Source: Candidatus Nomurabacteria bacterium
Lineage (GTDB): Bacteria > Patescibacteriota > Minisyncoccia > Phycocordibacterales > UBA9973
NCBI GenBank assembly: GCA_052035195.1
Contig: JBPOHU010000003.1
Coordinates: forward strand, 17,453 to 81,452
DNA length: 64,000 nucleotides
Reading direction: 5' to 3'
The notes below the pieces were generated by a model. It saw only the letters and a list, made by a program, of their open reading frames with translations. It was not told the origin of the DNA and made no database searches. The position numbers and the translations under genes were made by a program. This document shows, piece after piece, positions 1 to 10,483 of the stretch. How positions within the stretch are numbered: the first letter of the stretch is position 1; each line of letters starts with the position of its first letter.

Positions 1-1471
1 ATAGAGATTGAACGTCTTTATTAACTCCAAAGCTCGCCATATCTTTTCCTTCTGATACTGCATCATCCCAGATACGATTTATGTGAGCTTTTTCTGTTTC
101 TGTAACAGGCCTAGCTTCTTTACAGCTAGTACAAAGTTTTCGTACGAGTCGCTGGGCGATAGAGAGAGTAAGAGCAGAGACCAGTATCTTTGGGTTTACA
201 TCTAGATCAATAAGTCTAGGAATAACACCTTGCGCATTATTAGTATGGAGTGTAGAGAAAACCAAGTGACCAGTGAGCGCACTCTCCACCGCTATCTTTG
301 CTGTTTCTGGATCTCGTATTTCTCCAACCATGATGACATCTGGGTCTTGTCGCAAAGATGATCTGAGTCCTTCTAGAAATGTATAACCTTTTTTGTGATC
401 AGTTTGAGTTTGGGTAATACCCGGTAGGTGGTATTCGATAGGGTCTTCGATAGTGATTATTTTTTTCTCCGGAGAATATATTTGTTGAAGGAAAGCATAA
501 AGCGTTGTTGTTTTACCAGAACCTGTTGGACCAGTGAGAAGTATCATCCCGTTTGGTTTTTTGATTTGTTCAGTAAAGAGGGTATATAAAGGAGTACTAA
601 TACCGAGCTCATCTAGTTTTACGTGAATTGATTTTGGATTAAGAATACGAAGCACGATACTCTCTCCATAGGCTCCAGGAATAAGAGATGTACGGAAACT
701 TATTTCTATTTCTTTTTCGCTACCAATGTCGGGTAGAAATGCACTGAAGCGTCCGTCTTGAGGGTTGCTTGAGATAGTGAGCTTTAACCCTGAGAGAAGT
801 TTGATACGAGTGTTGATGTGTTTATAAGTATCAAAATCAAAGTGTGTAATGACGCGCAACACTCCATCCAATCGAAATCGAAGTTCCACTGTTTCCTCCA
901 TAGGTTCTATGTGTACATCAGAAGCACCGATACCTATACCAGCACCAAGAATTATTTCTAGAATCCTAGAGATGTGTTGTTTGGCATCTTTTTCATTTAT
1001 TGCGAGTTCTATTTCAGATATTGCATCTGCTGTAGTTTTTATTTTTTGACTTAGTTCCTTGAGGACGTTGGGAGCAATATCTAGTCCACCACTGCGACTT
1101 GTTGTAGCGAAAGACAGATCTTGGTAACGACTCCACACCTTTTCAATACTTTTGCGACTAGCCATAACGAATGTCACTACAAAGCCTTTGGCTTCAAGCA
1201 ACTCTTTTGCTTTTATTGCTCCGTCTGCAACAGGGGAACGTACTGCTAGAAAAAGTTTTTTACCAACAAGTTTGTATGGACCCACTTCCATATTTTTAGC
1301 TTCGTCTTCTGTTAGAAGCCTGATAGCGTCATTGTCTATAGACTGAGCTGTTAGATCAATATAAGAAATACCATAAGTACTCCCAGCGAGAGAGGCGATA
1401 AGATTCTCTTCTTCTCCATCGCGGAGCTCTTTGAGACGCTTTTGTTGTTCTTCTTCATCGAAACGGACCAT
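1..1471 (-). CDS. pilB: GspE/PilB-family type IV pilus/T2SS assembly ATPase (3' end runs off the window)
   Basis: Not in the ORF track. Manual minus-strand translation from ATG at 1471 gives Walker A GPTGSGKTTTLY, TIEDPIEY, RQDPDVIMVGEIRD and LTGHLVFSTLHTN. Confidence 0.9.
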   Translation of the reverse strand, partial: MVRFDEEEQQKRLKELRDGEEENLIASLAGSTYGISYIDLTAQSIDNDAIRLLTEDEAKNMEVGPYKLVGKKLFLAVRSPVADGAIKAKELLEAKGFVVTFVMASRKSIEKVWSRYQDLSFATTSRSGGLDIAPNVLKELSQKIKTTADAISEIELAINEKDAKQHISRILEIILGAGIGIGASDVHIEPMEETVELRFRLDGVLRVITHFDFDTYKHINTRIKLLSGLKLTISSNPQDGRFSAFLPDIGSEKEIEISFRTSLIPGAYGESIVLRILNPKSIHVKLDELGISTPLYTLFTEQIKKPNGMILLTGPTGSGKTTTLYAFLQQIYSPEKKIITIEDPIEYHLPGITQTQTDHKKGYTFLEGLRSSLRQDPDVIMVGEIRDPETAKIAVESALTGHLVFSTLHTNNAQGVIPRLIDLDVNPKILVSALTLSIAQRLVRKLCTSCKEARPVTETEKAHINRIWDDAVSEGKDMASFGVNKDVQSL

Positions 1472-1632
1472 TGTCTTTACAGTATATATTATTTATATGT
1501 TTTTTTGTTGAAAATCGGAGGCTTTTTGACCAGAGAAAAGAGGAGATAATCATATTTGACAAAGTAGATAGAATATGCTATGATATATTAGAAATCAAAA
1601 AACTTTTTTCTATACATTTAAAACTATGAATC

Positions 1633-2640
1633 ATGAAAAAAATAAGTTTGCTCTTTGTAATCTTCGCGCTTTTAAGCGCACAAATAGTTAAAGCGTCTGA
1701 AATAAGGGACGCAACTCTCAAGGAACAAGGAAAGCAGAATGAAGCTAGCACTGTTGCTTGGCTTACATCCGCAAATCCTGATCCGTCACTGATCACAATG
1801 ACAGTAAGCCAGTTTAATGTAGGCTTTAAAGCCTGCATTACTGAGTTTAATGCGAAGTATAAAAGCTTCGACGTCATTACAGATGATATTCTCAATAACC
1901 TGGTGCAAAAACTTTACACCGCAGACCTGGACCCCAACAAGCTTTATACCGTTTCATATTGGGACGTAAAAAATCAAAAATGGGGTCGCTGGACGCGTAA
2001 AGCCAAGCCTGGCGAAGCAGGTTTGTTTTATCCCGGCTGGGAAGAGCCAGTCCTGAGTGTTTATTGTTGGAATTTTGGTTATCCGGAAAAAGATATAAAA
2101 CCCGCAGCTCCTTCTGTAAAAGAGAGAGAGGTGGAATATGTTAATGTTCCCGGAAAAACTAAGTATATCCATACTTCAGACACTGTCTATGAGAGGCATG
2201 ACAGCTACAAGGAGGTGCAGAATAATTTCTTTTTGAATACGAATAATAATACATTCGCTTCAACAAAAAACACTTCACTGTCCTACGATGTGGATATGGA
2301 TGACCAGCAACCTGAAAATCAGGCTTCCTGTAGTTGTCCTGAACCTCAGAAAAAGGTTGTAAGTTATGCTGCTAATCAACAAACATCTTGTGGTTGTGAT
2401 AAAGATCACATCTGCTATGAGCATTATCAGAAGCTTCCTTCTAAAAAAAGAAAGCCCTTAGGCCAAAGAGCTTGGTTTAAAGTAGGGACCCATCTCGTAG
2501 CATTTACTGCCGGATGGTTTGGTAATGAGTGGTTTGGTAATGGAAGGACTCGCGGTTCTGGCCAAGTTATCAACCAAGGTCCGCTCGACCTTCTTCCTAC
2601 TACAAACCCGATTTACAACCAGGGACCATTGTGGCAATAG
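1633..2640 (+). CDS. Hypothetical secreted protein (ORFan-like)
   Basis: 335 aa with a signal peptide. Own TTGACA promoter (~1556) and downstream hairpin (~2660-2690). Confidence 0.75.
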   Translation: MKKISLLFVIFALLSAQIVKASEIRDATLKEQGKQNEASTVAWLTSANPDPSLITMTVSQFNVGFKACITEFNAKYKSFDVITDDILNNLVQKLYTADLDPNKLYTVSYWDVKNQKWGRWTRKAKPGEAGLFYPGWEEPVLSVYCWNFGYPEKDIKPAAPSVKEREVEYVNVPGKTKYIHTSDTVYERHDSYKEVQNNFFLNTNNNTFASTKNTSLSYDVDMDDQQPENQASCSCPEPQKKVVSYAANQQTSCGCDKDHICYEHYQKLPSKKRKPLGQRAWFKVGTHLVAFTAGWFGNEWFGNGRTRGSGQVINQGPLDLLPTTNPIYNQGPLWQ

Positions 2641-2736
2641 TTTTAACTATTTATTTTCAAAAGTGCTGGTTTATACCGGCACTTTTTTATTCTTTAGGAC
2701 CTTATCTGTCTCAGATAGGGAGTTAAAGAATGGTAT

Positions 2737-2765
2737 TGACAAAAGAGGCATTATTTGCTATAATA
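2737..2765 (+). promoter_or_regulatory. Sigma70 promoter
   Basis: TTGACA-N17-TATAAT, perfect consensus; supports the start at 2804. Confidence 0.8.
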
Positions 2766-2803
2766 CCAGTGTCGAAATTAAGAAAGAGATGAGAAAAAAA
2801 TTT

Positions 2804-4711
2804 ATGAAACAATTTATTTATTCAACACTAACTGCATTTTTTGGTCTAGCTCTATTGGCTAGCCCTGCTTCTGCAGCTGCAGTGTTCAATAGTCCGGGCG
2901 AAATGCCGACTGTTACTGTTTCTACAGGTACATGTCAGCAAGTTGCTATAAACGGATGTTGGCAACCAACAGCCACAGGTAGTGCAGATGGCACTATTGG
3001 TGTGCATATCTTTTATCACAATACAGGTAGTACTGCCGCACAAGGCACAACTATCCGTATAAGTCCTCAAGTACAAGGACCAACAACTTCTGCTTCTTTT
3101 AGTGGAAGTGTTAGTGCTACAAATGCATCAACAGTTTCTGGAAATGCATCAGTTAGTATTTCAAGCTCACAAACAGTGACCTTCATTGATGCTAAATGGT
3201 ACCCAGGAGCAAATAGTGCAGGAAGCGCTGTTAGTGGAAGTGAATTATTCGGAAGTGGTTTTAATGTAGGGACAGTAGGTGCCGGAGATTACGGTAAACT
3301 TGTTGCTCGATTTAAAATCTCAAACGTAATAGTAGTTCAAAACTATCAGTGTAATGACAACATCGATAACGATGGGGACGGTCTTCGTGACTACCCAAGT
3401 GATCCAGGTTGTTCATCTTCTACAGATAATGATGAGTATGACCAAGTTAATACACAATGTGTAATTGATAGCTTCTATGCTTCACCTACATATGTAACTT
3501 CTGGTGGATACACAACACTTTATTGGAGTACAACAGGTTGTGACTATGTAACTATCGACGGGGTGTCTTACCCAGTAGACGGTTCAGGATCATTCGGTCC
3601 TATCTATAGTTCACGAAACTATGTTCTCCAAGGGGTTCGTGGTGGAGTAAGTCGAACACAAACTGTTTTTGTAACAGTTAATCAAACTCCTACATATACA
3701 TACCAATGTAATGATGGATACGATAACGATGGCGATGGTCTTCGTGACTACCCAGCAGATCCAGGTTGTTCTACCTATAACGATGATAGTGAATACAATC
3801 AAGTTATAAATAACACTCAACCACAAGCTATAACTACTGTCGCTACTATATTAGGACAAAGTTCTGCTCGCCTTAATGGTATTGCAGTTCCAAATTCTAC
3901 ATACAGTACAACAGCATGGTTTGAATGGGGAACAAGTGGTTCTCTAGGATCTAGAACAAATACTCAGTCAGTAAATAACAACTCTAGTACATATATTAGT
4001 GAGGGATTAAACAACCTTACTCCTGGAGCTGTTTATTACTACCGAACAGTTGTTCAAAACCAAAACGGTACTGCTTATGGCGATATCGTAAGACTACAAA
4101 CACAAAAAGGTACTATTACTCCAACTCCAACACCTGTAAAAGTAATCACTAAAGTGGTTAATAGAGATGTTGTTGTTGCCAGAAGTAATGCTTCTTTGTT
4201 AGAGCTACGTGTTGAAAATGTTTATGACAGAATGTGTGTTGGTGGAGAAATGGATTACACTGTTTCTTACAAAAACATCAGTAGTCAAACACTTCAAAAT
4301 GCAGTACTTAGAATTACTCATCCAAAAGAGCTTACATTTATAAATAGCTCAAGAGGAGACTATGAAGTAGTAGATCGAACTGTGACTATCGCTCTTGGAA
4401 ATATTCCAGCAGGTGGAACAGGCTCACTACAAGTTCGTGCACGAGTAAATACAAGTGCTGTTGTTGGAAACCTTGCTGTTACTACAGCAACAGTGGTTTA
4501 TACAAACCCTACTAACAAAGCTCAAGAAGATGCTATAGCATATTCACTAGTTACAGTTTCAAACGACTGTCCAAATACAAACAACTTTGGTGCTAGTGCA
4601 TTTGGTATCTCATCATTTTTCCCTTCAACATTACTCGGATGGCTTATTCTCATCTTGGTCATCCTTGCCCTTATTGTTCTAGGAAGACAACTATATAAAA
4701 AGCGAGACTAA
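2804..4711 (+). CDS. Surface protein: signal peptide, two CxDxxDNDGDGxxDYPxDPGC repeats, FN3/DUF11-like domains, C-terminal TM anchor
   Basis: Start MKQFIYS chosen downstream of the promoter; repeats at ~3345-3440 and ~3700-3800; hydrophobic C-terminus with a basic tail. Confidence 0.85.
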   Translation: MKQFIYSTLTAFFGLALLASPASAAAVFNSPGEMPTVTVSTGTCQQVAINGCWQPTATGSADGTIGVHIFYHNTGSTAAQGTTIRISPQVQGPTTSASFSGSVSATNASTVSGNASVSISSSQTVTFIDAKWYPGANSAGSAVSGSELFGSGFNVGTVGAGDYGKLVARFKISNVIVVQNYQCNDNIDNDGDGLRDYPSDPGCSSSTDNDEYDQVNTQCVIDSFYASPTYVTSGGYTTLYWSTTGCDYVTIDGVSYPVDGSGSFGPIYSSRNYVLQGVRGGVSRTQTVFVTVNQTPTYTYQCNDGYDNDGDGLRDYPADPGCSTYNDDSEYNQVINNTQPQAITTVATILGQSSARLNGIAVPNSTYSTTAWFEWGTSGSLGSRTNTQSVNNNSSTYISEGLNNLTPGAVYYYRTVVQNQNGTAYGDIVRLQTQKGTITPTPTPVKVITKVVNRDVVVARSNASLLELRVENVYDRMCVGGEMDYTVSYKNISSQTLQNAVLRITHPKELTFINSSRGDYEVVDRTVTIALGNIPAGGTGSLQVRARVNTSAVVGNLAVTTATVVYTNPTNKAQEDAIAYSLVTVSNDCPNTNNFGASAFGISSFFPSTLLGWLILILVILALIVLGRQLYKKRD

Positions 4712-4776
4712 TAAAGGCTTTTTATCCTAAACAAAACCCCGCCCTTGTGGCGGGGTTTTGTGTTAGAATCCTGTAT

Positions 4777-5229
4777 ATGAAGATGTCTTATAGGGAAGAA
4801 GAGTTGCCAAAAGTTGCTTCTTTAGTGCTTTCAAATACTCAAAAAAATGATAGTGGGGCTACTATTATCGCCCTCTCTGGCCCCCTTGGAGCAGGTAAAA
4901 CCTCTCTTACTCAAGCTGTTGCACAAGAGTTAGGAATAAGTGAAAAGATAGTAAGTCCGACTTTTGTTATTGCTAAATGGTACAAAACTTCAAAAGGTGA
5001 CTTCGAAGAAATGGTTCATATTGATGCTTATAGGATTGATGGAGAAGAAGAGCTTGGTCCAATAGGCTTCAATTCTCTTTTAGAGAAGAAAAATACTCTT
5101 ATTGTGTTAGAGTGGCCAGAACGACTCCCAAAAACTTTATCAGAAAATCATGCCTCACTTTTTATTTTGGAACACGATGGTGATATTAGAAAAATAGAAG
5201 GACCTATTTCCTATGAAGAAAGAAAATAA
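4777..5229 (+). CDS. tsaE: t6A biosynthesis ATPase TsaE
   Basis: GPLGAGKT, SPTF, HIDAYR and EWPE motifs. Confidence 0.95.
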   Translation: MKMSYREEELPKVASLVLSNTQKNDSGATIIALSGPLGAGKTSLTQAVAQELGISEKIVSPTFVIAKWYKTSKGDFEEMVHIDAYRIDGEEELGPIGFNSLLEKKNTLIVLEWPERLPKTLSENHASLFILEHDGDIRKIEGPISYEERK

Positions 5230-7567
5230 AAAAACACTAGTTATTCTTGATGCGCACGCGATTATTCACCGTGCTTATCATGCTCTACCATCTTTCACTA
5301 CAAGTGCGGGGGAGCCAACAGGTGCTCTTTATGGTGTTACAACAATGACACTTAAGATAATAGAGAATTTTAAACCTGACTATATTGTTGCGGCTTTTGA
5401 TTTGCCAAAGCCAACATTTCGCCACCAAGTATATGATGGCTATAAAGCAGGGCGAGTAAAAGCAGAGGATGCTCTTGTAGTTCAACTTCAAAGCGCGCGT
5501 ACTTTATTTGAAGCATTTGGTATACCAGTGTTAGACGCTGAAGGTTTTGAGGCCGACGATGTTATAGGGACTTTGGTAGAAAAATATAAAAAAGAGAAAA
5601 ACCTAAATATCATAATTGCATCAGGGGATATGGATACTATGCAACTTATTGATGGAGACAAGGTAAGAGTGTTTACCTTAAAGAAAGGACTAAACGATAC
5701 TGTTCTATATAACGAAGATATGGTTAAAGAACGGTTTGGTTTTGGCCCGTTACAGCTTGTTGACTATAAAGGGCTCAGAGGTGATGCATCTGATAACATC
5801 ATCGGTGTTCCTGGTATAGGAGAAAAAACAGCTACAACTATATTGAGTGTTTTTAATTCGATTGAGAATTTATACAAAACACTAGAAAAGGATAGAAATG
5901 CTGTTATAAAAGCTGGGGTTTCAGAAAGAATGGTAGGTATTTTAGAGGAACACAAAGAAGATGCTTTCTTTTCAAAAACCTTAGCAACTATTCGTCGGGA
6001 TGCTCCTATAGAGTATTCTCTCCCTGAAAAGTCTTATAAAGAAGAGGTTGATACCAAGAAACTTTTGGAATTATTTGAAAAGTATGAGTTTAGAAGTCTT
6101 GGTCATAGAATAAAAAGTATTTTTTCTATACAAGAAGAACAAAAAGAAATCGAAGATATAGATGAAGAGTTGCTTAGAAAGACAGCTATAGCTCTCTGGG
6201 TTTTGTATTCTGAAAATACCAATGCTGACTATGAGACAGTTTTACAAAAGACAAAAACAAATTCTCTATTAGAGGCTTGGAAAACTATTCAAGAAGAATT
6301 AAATAAAAGAAATTTAACAAAAGTTTTTTCTGAAATTGAAGAGCCTTTGATTCCTTTGGTTAAAGAGATGGAGGACAGAGGCATCTTGATCGATAAGGGT
6401 CATTTTGAAAAAATGAAGACCTCAATAGAAAAAAGATTGAGAGAAATAGAAAAAGAAGTAGAAGCTATGGTTGGTGTTTCTATAAACCTCAATTCTCCAA
6501 AACAACTTTCAGGACTCCTGTTTGATACTCTGGGTCTTAAAACAAAAGGTAAAAGAAAAGAAAGCGGTGCTTTTACTACAAATGCTGAAGCTCTCGAAGC
6601 TCTTCGTGAAGCGCACCCTGTTATACCTCTTATTCTTGAACAACGTGAAATACAAAAGATACTGACTACTTATGTTGAGAGTCTTTTGAAGCACGTGGCA
6701 GAGGACGGCAGAATTCATGCTAAATTTTTACAACACGGCACGACTACAGGAAGGTTTTCTTCAAATGATCCTAATATGCAAACTTTGCCTGCCGGAGGAG
6801 ATTGGGGTAAAGAAGTTCGACATGGGTTTTTGGCAGACAAGGGTCACATCTTCATAGGTTGTGACTACTCTCAAATAGAACTTCGTGTTTTAGCTATGCT
6901 CTCTGGGGATAGTAGGTTGCTTGAATCTTTTGAAAGAGGGGATGATATCCACGCTTCCGTGGCGTCTTTGGTTTTTGGTGTTCCACAAAACGAAGTCACT
7001 CCTGACATGCGACGTAATGCAAAGGTTATAAATTTCGGAATAATATATGGCATGGGTGTTCAGGCTTTACAAAAGAACCTTGGAACAACAAAAGAAAAAA
7101 CAGAACAATTTTACAAAGAATATTTTGAAGCATTTCCTACAATAAAATCTTATCTTGATGGGACTAGAGACTTTGCTAAAGAGCACGGATATACAGAAAC
7201 AGCTTTTGGTAGAAGGAGGTATTTCCCAACAATTTCTTCCCCAGCACCTTTTCTGCGAGCTTTTGCAGAGCGAATGGCAACTAATGCTCCTCTCCAGGGG
7301 ACAGCTGCTGATATTATTAAATTAGCGATTATTGATATTGATAAAGCTCTTAAAAAAGCAGGACTTAGAGATGATGCTCATCTTGTTTTACAAGTTCACG
7401 ATGAACTTGTTTATGAAACTAAGAAAGAGAAGCAAGAAGAAGTTAGGGCAATAATAGTTTCTTCAATGATTAAGGTTATGGATAATTCTCCAATCCAGCT
7501 CAAGATTTCTCCTGTTCCATTGGCTGTTTCTGTAAGTACTGGGGTTTATCTGGACGAACTTAAGTAG
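5213..7567 (+). CDS. polA: DNA polymerase I (5'-3' exonuclease + polymerase; proofreading domain degenerate)
   Basis: FEADDVIGT, GDASDNIIGVPGIG, TGRFSS, DYSQIELR and QVHDEL motifs. Confidence 0.97.
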   Translation: MKKENKKTLVILDAHAIIHRAYHALPSFTTSAGEPTGALYGVTTMTLKIIENFKPDYIVAAFDLPKPTFRHQVYDGYKAGRVKAEDALVVQLQSARTLFEAFGIPVLDAEGFEADDVIGTLVEKYKKEKNLNIIIASGDMDTMQLIDGDKVRVFTLKKGLNDTVLYNEDMVKERFGFGPLQLVDYKGLRGDASDNIIGVPGIGEKTATTILSVFNSIENLYKTLEKDRNAVIKAGVSERMVGILEEHKEDAFFSKTLATIRRDAPIEYSLPEKSYKEEVDTKKLLELFEKYEFRSLGHRIKSIFSIQEEQKEIEDIDEELLRKTAIALWVLYSENTNADYETVLQKTKTNSLLEAWKTIQEELNKRNLTKVFSEIEEPLIPLVKEMEDRGILIDKGHFEKMKTSIEKRLREIEKEVEAMVGVSINLNSPKQLSGLLFDTLGLKTKGKRKESGAFTTNAEALEALREAHPVIPLILEQREIQKILTTYVESLLKHVAEDGRIHAKFLQHGTTTGRFSSNDPNMQTLPAGGDWGKEVRHGFLADKGHIFIGCDYSQIELRVLAMLSGDSRLLESFERGDDIHASVASLVFGVPQNEVTPDMRRNAKVINFGIIYGMGVQALQKNLGTTKEKTEQFYKEYFEAFPTIKSYLDGTRDFAKEHGYTETAFGRRRYFPTISSPAPFLRAFAERMATNAPLQGTAADIIKLAIIDIDKALKKAGLRDDAHLVLQVHDELVYETKKEKQEEVRAIIVSSMIKVMDNSPIQLKISPVPLAVSVSTGVYLDELK

Positions 7568-7584
7568 TGGTACAATACTTGTAT

Positions 7585-8049
7585 ATGGACGAACAATTAG
7601 CAAATAAATCAGTGCACAGAACTTTGGCCAAATCTTACTTGGTGTATTTCATACTTTGCTCACTAGGCTTGTTTTTAGGGGTATTTTTTCCAATGCAGTT
7701 TTTTATTCCCAATAGTCAAACTTTCGCCGTTATTGGTTTTATACTTGGTCCAATTCTGATAATTTGGGCTCAAACAACATCTCACCGTTTTGAGCTTACC
7801 AAACAACAAACAGGTACTTTGATTTTTAATAGGGGTCCATATAGATTTCTACGTAATCCAACTCAGTTTGGTCTTGTCATGCTTGTAGCCGGATATGCAT
7901 TTGCAAGTCATACAGCCATTTTGTTTGTTATAACAGCTCTTGCTTATGTTATTTCAAATGTATTCTTTAGAAAACACGAACAAATATTAGAATCTAGATA
8001 TGGTGAGCCTTATAAATCATACAAGTCTTCTGTTCCAAAGATAATGTAA
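7585..8049 (+). CDS. ICMT/PEMT-family membrane methyltransferase
   Basis: GPYRFLRNP motif, TM helices, C-terminal E..L..RYGEPY..Y...VP. Confidence 0.75.
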   Translation: MDEQLANKSVHRTLAKSYLVYFILCSLGLFLGVFFPMQFFIPNSQTFAVIGFILGPILIIWAQTTSHRFELTKQQTGTLIFNRGPYRFLRNPTQFGLVMLVAGYAFASHTAILFVITALAYVISNVFFRKHEQILESRYGEPYKSYKSSVPKIM

Positions 8050-8053
8050 AAAT

Positions 8054-8677
8054 ATGCTCCAGGTAATTATTAGCTCTGATATTGAAAACAGAAAAAAGAA
8101 AAGAATTGATGTTTTGTCGCAGTATCCTGAGGAAGTGATAAGGCTAAGCGATGTAGAGGTATCTTTTTCAGATTTAGAAAATTATATTTTTCCTTCTCTT
8201 TTTTCAGAACAGAAACCTGTCGTTCATGCCAGGTATCTTCTGGAAGAATATTCAAATGAAATAACAAAGGAATTACTCAGTAAGCTTATTAATAGCCCAA
8301 CTTTTTTCTTGCTCGAAGAAAAAGCTTTAGGTGCTCAAGCTATTAAGATGATAGAAAAGGAAGGTGGTCTTGTTCATAATGAAAAAAGTAAATCTCAAAT
8401 AATAAATAAAAGTAATATTTTTCTAGTAACAAATGCTATTACTGCAATCAACAAGAAAGACCGGTGGATGGCTTATCAAAACGCAAAACAAGAACATGCA
8501 CCAGAGGCGCTCATAGGTATTTTGTATTGGAAGCTTAGGGATCTAATAGAAAAAAGCCCCGCAAAAGCAGGACCTTTTCGAACTTTTTATACTAACCTTA
8601 TGAACGCACAAAAGAAATCTTGGCAAACAGGTTTCTCTCTTGATTTAGCAATAGAGAAAACTATTCTAGAGCAATAG
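8054..8677 (+). CDS. Probable DNA polymerase III delta (HolA)-like protein
   Basis: Size and C-terminal ILYW...TGFSLDLAIEKTIL pattern; weak. Confidence 0.5.
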   Translation: MLQVIISSDIENRKKKRIDVLSQYPEEVIRLSDVEVSFSDLENYIFPSLFSEQKPVVHARYLLEEYSNEITKELLSKLINSPTFFLLEEKALGAQAIKMIEKEGGLVHNEKSKSQIINKSNIFLVTNAITAINKKDRWMAYQNAKQEHAPEALIGILYWKLRDLIEKSPAKAGPFRTFYTNLMNAQKKSWQTGFSLDLAIEKTILEQ

Positions 8678-9173
8678 GATTGTGTTTCTTTACAAAGATA
8701 GAGAGCAATAGTCCAGATAGTAAAACAGTAAAAGACATCATAGGAATTGTTATGTATCCAAAGACCGCAACGTACCTTTTGAGACAGCTTACTCCTGTAC
8801 CACAAATATCAAGACCGCTAGGGAATATATCTATGTAGTTGTGCAATAGCGCCACGATTAGTCCTAATACAGAAAATACAATAACTTGATTTTGGAGGGT
8901 TCTGTTTGTTTTTAGTTTGCCAGTAAGAGATAAAATCGCTATTCCAAAAATAGCTATTCTTTGGTACCAGCACAATAAGCATGGTTCAAAACCAAGAACG
9001 TATTCATAGATAATACTACCTACCGCAGAAGATACAAAAATAACTGCCAAAATAGTACTACTGTGTTTATAAACCTTTTGCAAAATAGGAGACTTTGTAA
9101 TCCAGAGTATTACAAAAACAACAATTGCAATCTGCAAGGCTACGATACCAACTCCGATTAATATACTAAACAT
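8661..9173 (-). CDS. dsbB: Disulfide bond formation protein DsbB/BdbC
   Basis: EPCLLCWYQR motif, second Cys pair, TM helices. Confidence 0.9.
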   Translation of the reverse strand: MFSILIGVGIVALQIAIVVFVILWITKSPILQKVYKHSSTILAVIFVSSAVGSIIYEYVLGFEPCLLCWYQRIAIFGIAILSLTGKLKTNRTLQNQVIVFSVLGLIVALLHNYIDIFPSGLDICGTGVSCLKRYVAVFGYITIPMMSFTVLLSGLLLSIFVKKHNPIALE

Positions 9174-9177
9174 ATAA

Positions 9178-9552
9178 TTAATTTATAGGACAGTTAGTTT
9201 TTTCAGAAAGAGCTTCGAGACTTTGCTCTCCACTTAGTTTTGATCCATCGGCGAATATCCAGGTAGGGTATCCAGGGATATCTTTGTCAGCACAAATAGG
9301 AAGCTGACCCTTTCCATCAGGAGTAGAACATTCTACATAAGGAAGAAGTTTTGCCGATCTACCGAAGAGAGCTTTTGTTGCTTGGCAATGAGGACACCAA
9401 AAAGCTCCGTAGAAAACAGCTCCACTGTCTTTAAGACATGTGGCAAAAGTATCATATTTACCTGGTTTCTTTGCTTGAACACTAAGGAAGTAAATGAATC
9501 CTCCGATCAATAATATAGCTATAACCCATGGAATTATTTTTTTCATTTTCAT
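9178..9552 (-). CDS. Membrane-anchored thioredoxin-like protein
   Basis: FYGAFWCPHC, YVEC and GYPTW motifs; adjacent to dsbB. Confidence 0.85.
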   Translation of the reverse strand: MKMKKIIPWVIAILLIGGFIYFLSVQAKKPGKYDTFATCLKDSGAVFYGAFWCPHCQATKALFGRSAKLLPYVECSTPDGKGQLPICADKDIPGYPTWIFADGSKLSGEQSLEALSEKTNCPIN

Positions 9553-9603
9553 ATATATAAAGGTAACTTGAGATGAGGTTTTATGCAAGGGAAGAATCTC
9601 TTA

Positions 9604-9653
9604 GGCACAAAATATAAAAACACCAACTTCTTGGTGTTTTTATATTTTGTGCC
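9604..9653 (-). repeat. 23-bp perfect inverted repeat overlapping the tRNA-Lys 3' end
   Basis: ggcacaaaatataaaaacaccaa-cttc-ttggtgtttttatattttgtgcc. Confidence 0.9.
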
Positions 9654-9722
9654 CTCAGTAGGATTTGAACCTACGACCGTCTCCTTAAGAGGGAGCTGCT
9701 CTACCAGCTGAGCTATGAGGGC
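9650..9722 (-). tRNA. tRNA-Lys(CTT)
   Basis: Cloverleaf GCCCTCA...TGAGGGC-A; anticodon loop CT-CTT-AA. Confidence 0.95.
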
Positions 9723-9825
9723 AATTATTATTAGTACCTATTTGATGTTGTTGCGCGGGAGCCGCTACAACTTAGCTATGAGGGCATATTGCAAAAAGGC
9801 AAAAAAACTATACCATGACCACCAT

Positions 9826-10293
9826 ATGCAAGCAATACTAGTCTTACACGATATAAGAAGTGCCCAAAATGTGGGGTCTCTTTTTAGGACTTCTGATGCC
9901 CTAGGAATATCAAAAATATATCTAAGTAAAATAACACCTTGCCCAATAGACCGATTCGGAAGAGGGCGTAACGATATAGCCAAAACAGCACTCGGTGCCG
10001 AAAAAAGTATTTCTTGGGAACAGTATGAAGATATATTTAATGTATTAGAAAAATACAAAGCAGAAGGGTATCTTATAGTAGCAATAGAACAATCAAAAAA
10101 TTCTGTAGATTATAAAAAGGTTTTGGCTAAAGAAAAAACTTTATTTATTCTGGGTAATGAAGTAGAAGGTTTATCCAGTGAAATATTGGAAAAGGTGGAT
10201 TTTGTCGCTGAAATACCTATGGCAGGAGATAAGGAGTCTCTTAATGTGTCCGTTGCTGGCGGAGTAGCGTTGTTTAGGATTCTAAACAAATAG
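9826..10293 (+). CDS. TrmH/SpoU-family RNA methyltransferase
   Basis: NVGSLFRTSDA, GNEVEG and IPMAGDKESLNVSVA motifs. Confidence 0.93.
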   Translation: MQAILVLHDIRSAQNVGSLFRTSDALGISKIYLSKITPCPIDRFGRGRNDIAKTALGAEKSISWEQYEDIFNVLEKYKAEGYLIVAIEQSKNSVDYKKVLAKEKTLFILGNEVEGLSSEILEKVDFVAEIPMAGDKESLNVSVAGGVALFRILNK

Positions 10294-10294
10294 C

Positions 10295-10462
10295 TTATCT
10301 ATTTTTTAGTTCGTCTATTGTATAAGGTCTACCTCCTTCTATGGGGGCTGGTTGCTCTAATAGTTGTCTATTTCTATTTTCAAATCTAGTTGGTCCGCCA
10401 GTAATAAGCCAAAGTATCCAAAGACCTATAAAAGCATATATAAACCATTTTAGTTCATCCAT
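10295..10462 (-). CDS. Small membrane protein (55 aa)
   Basis: MDELKWFIYAFIGLWILWLITGGPTRFENR...; below the track cutoff; follows mutM on the same strand. Confidence 0.6.
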   Translation of the reverse strand: MDELKWFIYAFIGLWILWLITGGPTRFENRNRQLLEQPAPIEGGRPYTIDELKNR

Positions 10463-10483
10463 ATATTTATTATTGTAACATTT

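Noticed and set aside
849-1346. Short plus-strand ORFs
   Set aside because: Antisense shadows of pilB. The same applies to most short ORFs overlapping long genes.
2519-2803. N-terminal extension of the 730-aa ORF
   Set aside because: It overlaps the previous gene, its terminator and a consensus promoter; the signal peptide begins at 2804.
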